From Ruditapes philippinarum (Eukaryota), in the NCBI RefSeq assembly GCF_026571515.1, contig NW_026852008.1, forward strand, positions 682,001-746,000: a stretch of DNA of 64,000 bases, given 5' to 3'. The stretch's first letter is position 1; every line of letters begins with the position of its first letter. Below the pieces are notes generated by a model. That model did no database searches, was not told where the DNA came from, and saw only the letters and a program-made list of their open reading frames with translations. The translations under genes and the position numbers were made by a program. Shown one piece after another: positions 39,928 through 53,300 of this stretch.

Positions 39928-41846
39928 TTATTCTGACCTATATTTGCTTATTTAATAATATTTTATAGTTTGAAACATATTGATCATGTAACAGTCATAA
40001 TATATTTACAGTCAAAATGAAAATATTTCTTTTGTTTATTTGTACTAGTCAAAATAATGTAAATTACATCTACTTAACAGTGTAAGGGGGTCATTTCTAA
40101 CCCTTGTATCAGAATTTAGGGGCACTTTAAATTTTAGAGGGTCATGCCAAACCATTTATTTTAACCAAGAAATAAAAAGGAGAATTGGAACCACCATGTT
40201 TGTTTGCATATATCAGCACCTTCCCTATAATTCATTCAGCCATGGAAAAATGAAAAGAAAATAATGTTGTATACAGTAAATTCTAAATAAACTAAAAAAA
40301 AAAACTGTCGGGAATACTTAGCTCCATTCACAAGCCAGTGTAAAAGATAATTATGTACATTGCAACTTCACCTTCAATCACAAAATTAATTGTTAACACA
40401 GTTGCATCATGCTTTCCATATTTGCAAGTATACACTGTGTCACTTGATTTAGGCATGTAAAATGTGTAATGACTGAAGGAGGGTTGTGTAGTTTGTTTTG
40501 AAAATGGGATTACTACATGGACTTGATGGACAATAATTGGACATAATTATATTGCCCCCTTGTATGCTTAAAAGAGAATTTTTGTTATATTGACCGACAA
40601 TTAAAAGGAATAAAATTGTAAAAATCAGACAAAGCAGTGCATGATTTGTAAAACAGTTTGCCGTGGACTTCAATGATATTGTCATAATTTGAGATGTACT
40701 GTAAATTTATTAAGAATAAATTCCTGCATCACAGGAAACACATTGATTGAATCATATTTCATCAAGGCTGTAAAAAAATTTGGCAAAAACGCACTCTGGA
40801 TGAAACACTGTCTACTGTGTCTTTTTCTAAAACTGAAAATTGATTATTATAATATAACTAAAGAGCTTTTACTAAAAATATGTAGTATTTCAGTGCATAC
40901 CACAAACTAGAAAAGCTGATCTTTATAACTCAACAAATGCAAAGAATATTATATATAACTAAAACATGCTTGAAAGAAAATGATTTGATGCCATGATGAT
41001 GATTATTTAAGATTAAAAGTGAGGTGAATCATCACTGAACTGGGGTGAATTAGTTTTAATACTGATAACCAAACAGTTAAAATGACCAATCAGTTAAAGA
41101 TAGATACAGAAAATATTTCATTTCACAAACATACCAAAACATACTTTTTATCTTATCATTTCTTAATTTTAATGATTTTAAAGAACATCTTAAATGATTA
41201 TTTTGAACTTGGCCTAATTGTCACTTATCTGGGTGGAATTGTCACTAAAGTTGGTCAAGTCACTTATAATTGGGCAGATTTTGTCAGTGGGCACTGGACA
41301 CTCAGAGGTGAATTATCTAGTTTATATCTATCAGATTGTTGTTATAGATTAGTGATTTGTGGAAGCATTGCAAGGTGCACTGGTGGTCTGATAAACTTTG
41401 GCCTACACCAGACTATAAATCCAGAGGCAGTGAGATCAACACCAACCAGAGGTGAGATTCTCTTTCAGCTTCCTCAATCCACACTTTCAGTTTCATGGTA
41501 TGATTATTGGTTATAAACAACCAGGAAGCAGCCAACTTGAGAAACATAAGGCAATATGTCAATGTCCACTTAGAGGGCTGAACAGTAACGTTACAACAAC
41601 AAATAAACTTGTAAAACTATAAAAAGATCTGAAAAATAACAATAATTAATAGAGTATCCGAATACAATGCACATCCGAAATTTACTAATCTCAATTACTA
41701 TTACATATGAAGAAATGAAAAAAAGAGCATCGCATACAAATGTGCCCCTTTAAAGTGCTTGAAAATACGATCAATTTTGTATATTTATGAGTCGATATCA
41801 ATCTCCCTATAGGCAATGCAATGAATTTGTAATGAAATAATTATTT

Positions 41847-41943
41847 GTTACCTCCCTGTCTGCTCCGATCAGTCAGGCGCTTGGTTCAATGACAGCTGTC
41901 ATTTTCAAGCGCTTACTGACTTTTGGACAGGTAGCTATCGATA
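41847..41943. promoter_or_regulatory. Putative bidirectional promoter / first non-coding exons of BLOC1S6 and FAM241B
   Basis: Both genes' first coding exons begin right after splice acceptors. Outward-facing donors are found here (minus GAG|GTAAC at 41851, plus CAG|GTAG at 41931). They flank the palindrome AATGACAGCTGTCATT (41888-41903); TATCGATA (DRE-like) lies at 41936-41943. Confidence 0.55.
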
Positions 41944-42574
41944 GTTTTATTTAATTAACTTTTATTAATTTATAAACAGATGTCAATTGAAATTGAATGT
42001 GACGTTATCATAGATTCTTGTTGTTGTAGGTGATCAATGCGTTAATGATTATTTTAAAGTCTTATCAGTAAGTCAAATGTGAACTCTACAGTAGATCGAC
42101 TGGCTGAGGCTACATCTGTACCAGTGTACATGTATGAGATGTATACATGTATATTAGTTATTCAGTTAATACTCAAACATTTTGACAGAAGTTAACTTAA
42201 AATAATTAGAAATCATTTAAAACAGCATGCCTCTGGATTAATTTTAATTTTCATGAACATTTTGAAAAAAATATTGTCAAGTAAACAAAGGAAGTTACTT
42301 TACACAATGGGCTTGCTCATCTCCAAACTGGACAAAACCATTTGTTAGTAGAAGGGCAAATTTCAAAATATGAACCTACTAAAAAGCAAACTGTGTAATT
42401 AAATTATGAATAGACAGCACAGAACTGCCAGCTGATCTTGGTCTGCACTGGTCACATGTGTAAATTCATTTGCAGCTAGCAGGCTAAGCTCTTAGTATAG
42501 TAATGTATTCTGTTATTTCAAATTTTAGATTGTGGTTATAATTAATGGAATAAAATACTTTTCAGATTGAAAGA

Positions 42575-43371
42575 ATGGTTCGTATTCTAAAAACAGGCGA
42601 AATTGTGAGTGACAATGATCCCCGTGCACAGCAAGGAAATGCCAGACCTAGACAGGTATACACCCAATGTCATGTTTTTTTCTAAAGCAGTGTGTTGCCA
42701 ATTTTAAACTTTAATTGGCATTATAGTTACAACAGTATGAGTACCATCTAATACGTCATGACATAGTATAAGGAATATCAGATCAGAAAATTTTCTCTTA
42801 AGCATAGATTTCATTGTGTTATTAAATTTGACTTAATTAAGTCAGTAATCTAGGCTCTTGAAGACACTAATAGACAAACATTGTCAAAGAATGTTTCAAC
42901 TCCTAATTCTGAACATGCATGCAGTTACTTGAACATACATTGAACATTCTGATTAATTCATCAATATTATAATATTTATACTTACAGAATATTGGTAGAA
43001 TACAGCATGACCCTGATGAAATGGCAAGGCAGTATGAGGGTGGAGGGGGAGAGGGCGGGCAACAAGCCTCGGTGTTTGATGGACTAAATCAAAGACTTGT
43101 TGACTATGGATTCCCTCGTTTTAACATAGGTTCTCATACAGTAGAGCCTATAGTCTCAGTTGGATTTATTCTTGCTGGACTGCTGTTAGGACTACCAGGA
43201 TTACTACTAGCTGCTGTGTTATTTTTTGTGTCTAAAATAAGCACTTCTGGTGGCGGACTTGCTTCATTCTTTGGTGGTGGAGGTGAAGATCAAGGAAGTA
43301 GAGGTCAAGGTGGTCCAAGGTCAAGGACAAGGTCACCTGAAGGTGAAGGGAATAGACTTGGGAGATCTTGA
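42575..43371 (+). CDS. FAM241B: FAM241 family membrane protein (DUF4605), 154 aa
   Basis: Exons 42575-42655 (MVRILKTGEIVSDNDPRAQ..) and 42988-43371 (..FDGLNQRLVDYGFPRFNIGSHTVEPIVS..GLPGLLLAAVLFFVS), matching the FAM241B N-terminal and core motifs. Confidence 0.9.
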
Positions 43372-44210
43372 TACCATAATAACTTTTATTGTGCAATTTT
43401 TATTAAATCTTAGTCAGGGAAAAATACTTGAAATGAAGTGGGTTTCTGTGCTATGCTGTGTTCATTTATACAGTTGATTATATGCATTCTTTTTATTTGA
43501 CCTTTAAAATAGAATTTGAAAAAATGTGCAATGAGTTCATAATGATAAATCTGTGTCGTTTACTTTACATTCAGAGGTACATGTTTTTTACAAAGTTATT
43601 GTTTGTTACATATACATTTATTTTAGTGAGAATGGAATTCCGCTGTTAACTTATACTAAATGAGAGCCTTCTCAATAACAATTTTGTATATTTATATACA
43701 ATTGTACAAGTACATATAAGTCCTTCTTATTGTTGAACATTTTTCATTTTGTTTATTTTACTTGATTTGCATAGAAAGATGAATTACATTGTTCATCAAC
43801 ATTGTCAGTGAAGGTTTGGAAATGCTTGTTCTTAGAATACCAGGTTGCCTGCTTGGATATGATTAAATCATATTTTTAGTTTACTTGTTCAAATTTGTTT
43901 TCAGTAAACACTGAATGAAAATCATCGGTTTAGTAAATAAGAATTATTTAAAATGTAATTATAACCAATTGACTGATAAAAGGACTAGAAAATATGTCAG
44001 TCTGCTCAGCTATTTCATTTCTAAGTAAACAGGTTACTTGCATACCTTCACATGAGATCAGTTAAGGTGGTTTTAGGGAAAATAACTCACAGAATATACA
44101 TACCTAATATACAGTCAATTCGGTAATTTGAGAAATTTACTTGCACCTTTTATATTAGTTAACAAATACTGTAACTGACTATAACCAATGTCCTGTTCAA
44201 ATGGAGTTGT

Positions 44211-45466
44211 TTATATGCCCGAAATTCTTCATTATGTTATACCCCCTGGCGTCCGTCCGTCAGAGCAAACATTTTGGGTTTAGGGGCTATATAACAGTAA
44301 AGAGAACAAAAGAGAACAATAGGTTCATTCCGTGATCAAAGGATTTATGGGCTAGTAGCCCTTAAGAAAACAAAGAAAATAACAAAGAAAATAGCCCCTA
44401 AACCATCTGTCCTTTAGCAATTTGGTTTCCGGAGCATAACTTAAGTTCCATTTGGCCCACAATATTCAAACTTCATAGGATGATTGTCTATATTGGGTAG
44501 AAGACCCCCATTGATTTTGGGGTCATAGGTCAAAGGTCAAGGTCATAGTGACCTTAAAACTGAAAACAGTTTCCGGGGCATAACTTAAGTCCCATTTGGC
44601 CCACACTGTTCAAACTTCATATGATGATTGTTCATATTGGGTAGAAGACCCCTATTGATTGTGGGGTCACAAGGTCAAAGGTCAAGGTCAATATGACTTT
44701 AAAACTGAAAACAGTTTCCGGAGCATAACTTAAATTCCATATGGCCCACAGTGTTCAAACTTCATAGGATGATTGTCCATATTGGCTAGAAGACCCGTAT
44801 TGATTTCGGGGTCACAAGTCACAGGTCAAGGTCACTATTACCTTAAAACTAAAAACAGTTTCCGGAACATAACTTAAATTCCATATGGCCCACAGTGTTC
44901 AAACTTCATAGGATGATTGTCTATATTGGGAAGAAGACCCCTATTGATTTTGGGGTCACAAGGTCAAAGGTCAAGGTCACTATTACTTTGAAATTGAAAA
45001 CAGTTTCTTGAGCATAACTTGAGTTCCATTTGGCCCACAATATTCAAACTTCATAGGATGATTGTCTATATTGAGTAGAAAACCACTATTGATTTTGGGG
45101 TCACAAGGTCAAAGGTCAAGGTCACTATTACCTTTAAACTGAAAACTGTTTTCGGAACATAACTTAAGTTCCATTTGGCCCACAGTGTTCAAACTTCATA
45201 GGATGATTGTCCATATTGGGTAGAAGACCCCTATTGATTTTGGGGTCACAAGGTCAAAGGTCAATGTCACTATTTCCTTAAAACTGAAAACAGTTTCTGG
45301 GGCATAACTTAAGTTCCATTTGGACCACAATATTCAAACTTTATAGGAAGATTGTCATTTGAAGGAGGTAATACTTTATTTAATTCCAATGTCTTACAAA
45401 TGCTTCATCTTTACTAAAAAAAATCACTTTTGGGCATATAATGCTTGGCCTAGCGGTGCTCTTGTT
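44211..45466 (+). mobile_element. HINE-like element with 145-bp array (7 units)
   Basis: TTATATGCCCGAAA / TTTGGGCATATAA subterminal inverted repeat, (GTCC)n, CATAACTT at ~44434, 44579, 44724...45303, and a 3' hairpin ending CTCTTGTT. Confidence 0.8.
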
Positions 45467-47054
45467 TCCATTTGTGCTTCACAAAGTGTTTCAAAATTTC
45501 AAACTTTTATGACCTGATAAACTCATTACATTTATATTTTATGACTATAGCCAATGCCAGTGCAACATATGTGCTCATTGTATTTGTCGATGATACGTTC
45601 ATTGTATCTTATCATGCACACAGAGTTGTGACCGACTTGATACGGCCCATTAAATAGCCAATTTTGTGTTTTGCTCATAAGCATTCCATTTTTTTAAAAT
45701 TATATTTGAAGTAAACATTAACATACAAGTTTCATTAGTAGATCTTGGTTCCTTTGCTAAAAGTTGCCTGATCATTGTCATCCAATCGTATATTACAGAG
45801 TTGTTGCCCCTTATAGGCATTAAAATATGTATTTTGCTTTGTTTTTAAACAGATCTAAGATATTTTTCATGTAGTTTGTCTCGTTCATCTTTATGTTTTG
45901 TTAATTATGCCACTAGAGTCAAATTTGGTTCCACCTTAAGGGTTACTTATTTTACTTATACTTAGATAGGGTAAAACATTAAAAGTTTCGTGTCTAGAAA
46001 AGTTAGATATTTATCATGTACATGAACATTGCTAATTGAACCTTTATAAAAGGCATATAAATCATGTCCCTGAGGTAAAAAAATTATGTTTCTTTAATAT
46101 CACTCTATAACCTATTTATGCATTGTAGATGACATTTTCTTGCAGTTGTTCTTAGGTGAGTGATCCAGGGCAACCCTGGCTCTCTAATCATTTTAGCCCC
46201 ACTTCTTGAAGAAAAATGGAGCTATTGTCATGACCAACTCATCAGCATTAGTTAAGCTTTCATTTATGGTCATTTATTAAGCAATTACATTGAAATTTTA
46301 TATGTGGATATAAAAAATGAAACTTTGTACGTGGATGCACTTAAATGACTTCAAACTTCAACACCAATTTACAGGACTAAAGGTCAAAGGTCAAGGTAAC
46401 TTGTAACTGTAATAACATAACATAAAATTTGCCACTAAAGCAAAGTGTTTTGTCCTAGGAACCATAAACTTATTTTGTAAATGTGTTTGCACAAATATTA
46501 CCAACTATTATCATTTTGGATCAAAATGTTGAAAGTCAAGCTGGCAATGATCTTTGTTAATTTGCTGATTGAGTTTTTATGGTCAATAACTTCAGTCATG
46601 ACTTAAACTTGATATGTGTATGCAACTTGGTGAAATCCACTTGTAATGCCCATATTCAGCTTTAAAGTCAAAGGTACTTGACTTTACTTTGATCAACGTA
46701 ACATTTAATTCATATAATCTTTTTATTTTCAAAATGTTCAGTTTACTATCTTAGCACTGAAAAAAGCTGGACACAATCCTCCTCCAACAGCTATCATGTT
46801 TACCAAGCTCTAAACTTGTAATGCTTAGAAAATGAAAATTACTAAATGTTATCTCAACATGAAGTCGATACGTAGTTGTTTTTACCAGTAATAATGTACA
46901 TAAAACACTTAGAAAATAGAATATATGCAGTAATATGCAATTTGCTGTTGTTTCTTTTTTGTAGTTCAATTTATATAGAATTGCAGGGCTATCCGGCTTT
47001 GTTTGAACTGTTAGTTGACGACATAAGACATAAACCACAGGCGTACGGCATAAA

Positions 47055-47316
47055 CCACAGGCGTACGGCACATTTGGCATATGGTAAAATTATCATAAAA
47101 AATCACCCCTTGATCACCAAGAACAAAATCACTATCCAGCACCCATTACTATATAATATATATATTTTATCTAGTAAATGGGTGCTGGAAAGTGATTTTT
47201 TATATATTTTATATAGTTAACGGGTGCTGAATAGTGGTTTTGTTCTTGGTGATCAAGGGGTGTTTTTATGATAATTTTACCATTATTGGCATGACAATTG
47301 TGCCGTACGCCTGTGG
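47055..47316. mobile_element. Foldback MITE (~100-bp arms)
   Basis: CCACAGGCGTACGGCAC ... GTGCCGTACGCCTGTGG flanked by CATAAA on both sides (or 8-bp GCATAAAC if the termini are CAC); 20-bp tandem duplication of the left junction at 47029-47068. Confidence 0.8.
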
Positions 47317-48258
47317 CATAAACTTGAGATTGTACACATGTCCTTGTGATCATAATTGTAGATCACTTGTTTAAGATTGTTGAAGATTCCTAAGTAATAT
47401 CCCTTTATGCAAATTCTATCTGGCATAATACTGATAAACAGACAATGGAAAAAATGTCCTTGCTTATCAATGTTGTGGCCCAGTGCAACGAAAATTCCAG
47501 GGGAATCAAAACAAAGAATGAAGGTTAACGTGTTGTCTCCCTTGCTGCTGAACTACACAATAACTTAGGCCCTTTGGTAGGTAGATATTTGCTAAACGTA
47601 TTAGCTAATAATAAATTTAATATGTAAGTGCTAAGAAATCATGAAATTCAGAGCAGTTTAATTTAGTCATATTATCAATTAAAGTACAAATATATTTATG
47701 TATTACATTTTATTTATTACATTTTATGTAGTTAACTTTGATATACTTCTCCGATGAAAAAGTAATTTAGGTTTTTATAATTCATATCATTGTAGTTAAA
47801 AACCCCAATGAGTTATCAGCATTTTTTTAAAATGAATATAACTCGGCACTTAAATATGGACTCAGCCGGGAAGTGTATTTAGTAATACAAATATCAAGGC
47901 AGCACAACTAAAGGTCGCTCTGTCCGGACATAACAGTTCTGTTCAGTTCTGATCTAGGTTTCAACATTTCATCATCATTGGGTTTAGTACATGAACTATA
48001 AAGTAGTATTTATTTGTAGAATCTTTAACATACATGTAGTTGTCGTCGTTATTATTTAATTATTACTCAGTATTATTACTTATCATTATCATAAAACACT
48101 CATTTCTTTTCCCTTTTTTTTGCCATTTCATAATTTTGTCAGTAATTGCGTAAACTGGTTTTAATGTCTAAAGTATACATCCAAACTGTACGAGTAAAGT
48201 AGTAATTAACATCCGTTAAGTTGTTTAAGCTGTCCATTAAAAATACAAGAAAATATAA

Positions 48259-50380
48259 CACGCCCGTTTAACTCACAACGAGTGAAAAATGTCCATCGGT
48301 TAAAATGTTGTGAGCAACTTCCGTTCCTCGTTGTGAGCACCCATCTTTGACGAGTGACACGATAAACAAAGTGAGTTTTTCATAATTTTTGAAGATTACA
48401 GACATTTATGTAAAAATATCGAAATGCAGTTAGCTAGCGATGTGTTTTCCGAGTATGCACATGTAAAGATATTGCCTGTTGATGGACAATTTGATGGAAA
48501 TACCATGCGACGCAGTCACTCGGGGTAGCTGGAAAACTGGAGACAACTTCTCTTTGGACCTAATTTAACATTGTAAAAGTCGATTCTGGTGACGTTTTGT
48601 GCATTCTAACCTAAAACAGATGCCCACAAGTCTTCATCGTAACTTATTATGTGAAAGTCTTCATAGAAACGAAGATATACTCTTTTTTGCTTTAATCCTC
48701 GTTGTGAGCACCATAACCTCGTTGTGAGCAAGACAAGAGCAATGCGTGTATGGTTGTTATATGTAATTCAGATGGTGAAAATACAATTTTCAATCTACCA
48801 CAGCAATTAAAACGTTTTTGCACAGCAGCATTTCTTTGCAAGGCGTTGTGCATACCCCAAATGGGGGCATATTAGTTTTGAAATGTCCGTCTGTCAGTCC
48901 GTCAATCTGTCCGAAAACTTTAACATTGGCCATAACTTCCTTATTAGTCAACGGATTTGATTCATATTTGAACACAACATCCCTTAGCACCTTCCTACGG
49001 ACCTGTATTTTTTTACCTTGACCCCTGAATGACCTTTACCTTGAAGGTCAAATTTTCCAAAAACATTTAAGACTGGCCATATATAATGTCCTGACATAAT
49101 GTGTAGGCACAACACATCTTTGGACAAGGCCTTTCAACTATCCTATATTCTTTTGACCTCGACCTCTGAAAGACCTTCACCTCGAAGGTCAAATTGTCCA
49201 AAAACTTAAAAATTGGTCATTCCTTATTAGTATACGGATTCTACTCATATTTTGAAACAGCACCCCTTTAGGCAAGACCTTCGAACTGATCTGGTTTTTT
49301 TACCTTGTACCGTGAATGACCTTCTAGAACATCCAAAAACTTTAACATTGGTCATAACTTCTTTATAAGTAAGCGGAATTAATTCATATTTTGACACAAT
49401 GCCCCTTTGGACAAGACCTTCCAACTGACCTATATTTATTTCACCTTGACCTTGAATTACCTTCACATTGAAGATCTAATTGTCCAAAAACAAATAATCT
49501 ATCTGGTCCATAAATCAAAGGACAAAGCAACACTTCAGGGGCATTGTCAACTTACCGTGATAGTTCTTGTTTTACATAACTTGGTCAGTCTTCAGCTCAG
49601 GATAAACACATGTATGTGTGTATCACACAGATTGTGAAATTGTTGAAATATTCATAAACACCCCGTGATATTCACTCGTGCCACACTAGAGTATACGAAA
49701 TAAAATAACTGATATACCTCCACTGATTAGTTCTTCTGTTAATCTGATGACTTGTGAATATGAAGAATAATTTTCAAAAAAGAAAAAGAAGAGCTATTGC
49801 AAAGAAAAACTATTGTACAAAAACGTTTTGATTGCTTTTGGTAGATTGAAAATTGTATTCTTGCCATTTGAATTACATATAAAAACCAGACAAGCACTGC
49901 GCTTGTCTTGCTCACAACGAGGTTATGGTGCTCACAACGAGGATTAAAGCAAAAAAGAGTATATCTTCGTTTCTACGAAGACTTTCAGATAATAATTTAC
50001 GCTGAAGACTTGTGGGCATCTGTTTTAGGTTAGAATGCACAAAATGTCACCAGAATCGACGTTTTCAATGTTAAATTAGGTCCAAAGAGAAGTTGTCTCC
50101 AGTTTTTCAGCTACCCCTAGTGACTGCGTCGCACGGTATTTCCATCAAATTGTCCATCAAAAGGCAATATCTTTACATGTGCATACTCGGAAAACACATC
50201 GCTAGCTAACTGCATTCCAATATTTTTACATAAATGTCTGTAATCTTCAAAAATTATGAAAAACTCACCTTGTTTATCGTGTCACTCGTCAAAGATGGGT
50301 GCTCACAACGAGGAACGGAAGTTGCTCACAACATTTTAACCGATGGACATTTTTCACTCGTTGTGAGTTAAACGGGCGTG
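48259..50380. mobile_element. Non-autonomous DNA transposon with ~487-bp TIRs and 6-bp TSD
   Basis: 48259-48745 is the near-perfect reverse complement of 49894-50380; termini CAC...GTG; ATATAA at 48253-48258 and 50381-50386. Confidence 0.88.
48845..49572 (+). mobile_element. HINE-like element nested in the long-TIR element
   Basis: CCCCAAATGGGGG hairpin, (GTCC/GTCT)n, decayed tandem units and a 3' end GTTCTTGTT. Confidence 0.6.
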
Positions 50381-53300
50381 ATATAAGTTCTACGTGCTAT
50401 ACAGTATACGTGCTCTCTGTTTGGCCTTTAATACTTGGAACTTGAAAATGAATAAAACTATAAATAGATATATGAACATCGATTAATTGGAATTGTGTTT
50501 AATTTTAATTTTTAAAGTACATGCATATCATATCATAGATATGGATTGAATGCCCCAATATCTGCCCGCACTCACCACATAAGTTATATAATTATATTAC
50601 ATGTATAATTTATTCCTTTTTTTGCAAACAATCTACGTTTAAATTTGAGTCAGTGTATCAGCCAAACTTGTTTCAAAGATCACTTCGAATATAGACCAAA
50701 TGCAGAAAGCCTGTAACGCGGGGTATTTGTCGAGGAGAACTTCATCAGTACACATGCCCTATACTAGTATTTTCTATTTTCGAAACTTTCGTCACAAAAT
50801 ATATATCGTCTCATTCATCTCTTATAAAAAACTTATGTTTTCTTATCCTCATAAGGCATGCGGATATATCAAGAATTTATCTGCTTTTTTCCCCTTTCTT
50901 TTTTCTTTTAATATATCGGATGTCATTCAGCACAATCTATTTTTAAAACACAACTAATCGTTCCTGGTAAAATGATACACCTAGATAAATATTACATAAT
51001 TTAGTTATCGTTATGTGAAATGGAACCGCGCCAGAGGATTTAATTTCAGAAATGATCAAAAATCAAACATTAAATTTATTAAATAGATAACTGTTTAACG
51101 AACCGAGCCAACTGATTAAGCACCAATTCAACTTGGTCTGGGGCATCAATGAAAGAGCGTCCGCCAAGTTTACTTAGATACATTTGATTAAAGCTGATAT
51201 AAGATGGGTTTAAAGACTAATTCGTTAGAAAGTAATGAGATTTCTTAAGTTGAACTGTAGCACCATTCAAATGTCTGTCAAATTTGCTTAAGAAGGCGGG
51301 GGGAGGCTACTAGAGCTTAAAACGGACAAAACTAGTTACTTTTATAATCCAGTGGATGGACTATCACAATACAATGTATATATTAGTATCCCTAAATTAG
51401 TCCTTATTTTAATGATTTCGGACCATTAAAATGATTACTTGAGCATTAAATGAAACATTCCTGAAATAGATCTTCTGAGGAACCAATGTAACATTAATTG
51501 ATGTTGGTGATCGTCATGACCCTTTTGTGATTACGACATGTTTCAACATACAGGTTATTTTTTTGTTTATCATTTACCAAAAATTGTTTTATATTTAGAC
51601 TACATGTCATATTTGATAACTTTGCTGCTACTTAGAAGTCTACACTTATTTGATTTAAGTGAAAATGCTATCCGTGAGTACGCATTTTCATTACGAGCAT
51701 TCAAGGAAGAATAATACTTAGAAATATGCGCATTATTTATACTCCCAATAGTCAGAAATAGCAACTAAAATCAGGTATAATTTCAGTATCAGTGTACACA
51801 AAAACACACACAATATATTCGTTACGGGGAGTTTTATTTCTTTTTTTTTCAATTTAAATTTCGTTTCATAATTTTGTAAAGAACGCACTCTATTCAGAGA
51901 ATCTGCATCTATTAAACAATCAGAATCAAGAAAAAGGTGATGGATATCCCTATTCCTTAGTCATGCTGATTTTGGTATACATAATTAATTGCAAGCAATA
52001 CCCTTTGATGTTGATTTTAAAAAAAGCAAATATTATTAAATAAAGTTAACATTGTCTTATACGAGTTATGATGTACATGTATATGCACGTCTTACATTAC
52101 ATCATTGAACATAATTCATAACTATGAGATTGAGTATGCGCGAAATGACAATCCTATCAGTTATGTAATATGTATAAATAGATTACTTCACGTAGTACAA
52201 AATTAATCAAAAATCTTGATCCATGATGATGATCAGATATTGGAGAACCCAAACCCAACAATGTATATACAGAACATGTACGATCATTCATTTTTATGGG
52301 TTTACCAATAGAATATCATACAAATAAATTATGTAAAAACAGATCAACTATACAAAGGTTTGTGACTGTCTTATATGTCAAAAAACTAAGATGTCTCGTT
52401 TTAATGTACTGATAAAAATCTTATGGATAAAAATCAATGTATACTTTAATGTAAAACACTTTGCGTCATAATGATTCATAACGTATGCATTTCCTCAGAC
52501 ATATCATAAGTTTGATCATTCATCTGATCATTCATTAAAATATCGTAACAATGAGTAAACTAATACATGTCTCTTATAAATTTTCTTCAGATTACATTGA
52601 ATCATTCATCTTATATATAAGGAAGTTAAATCAGAATTGAAACACTAAACCATATCGTAAGGTGACACTTTAAAAGATTTCATTCATCGTAAAATACACA
52701 TAGCAAAAAATTTAGGCCAATGTCCTACCCGGAATGTTTAATCTTATAAATGGGCTATTAAATTATCTATATCTTATTTATTTACAAAGGTCCTTGATAG
52801 TAAACTTAAAAATTTATAGGCCACTTTTGTACATATTACGTTTAACTAATTTAATCTACATATTTTTGTAGGTAGATGTATTCAATATCACTGACTTCAT
52901 TGAACAATTTCTCTCATACATTAACGGACGTTAACTTAAAAAAGTGTAAAAACCATGTTCGTTTGACACTATATCCCAACGCCATCGTCCTTGTAGTTTC
53001 AACCCAAGAAACATAGTAAGCTTTTATGTTAACAAAATCAAGGACATAAGTTCAATTTTGGGAAAGTCTTGACTAATAGGACCATTTTTTTAAATGCACA
53101 TGCCTCCGACTAAACATAAGTGAAAGGTTTGGTGACGTCCTCTCATTAATTTAAGGAGTAACGTTTTCGGGACTAAAAGCCCATATCCGAATAGTAGAGA
53201 ACAGCCATGTCTTTATTATTTAAACCGTGACGAGTTCGAGTTTACTAATTGTTAATACAAATAAATACTCTCGTGAAAATTATGTATTTGGTGTCTTTTC

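Noticed and set aside
41082-41516. 144-aa ORF
   Set aside because: No recognisable motif; it overlaps decayed repeat sequence within the inferred first intron of BLOC1S6.
48259-50380. ProtoRAG/Transib element suggested by CAC termini
   Set aside because: The terminus CACGCCC is not heptamer-like beyond CAC, the TSD is 6 rather than 5 bp, and there is no RAG-like ORF.
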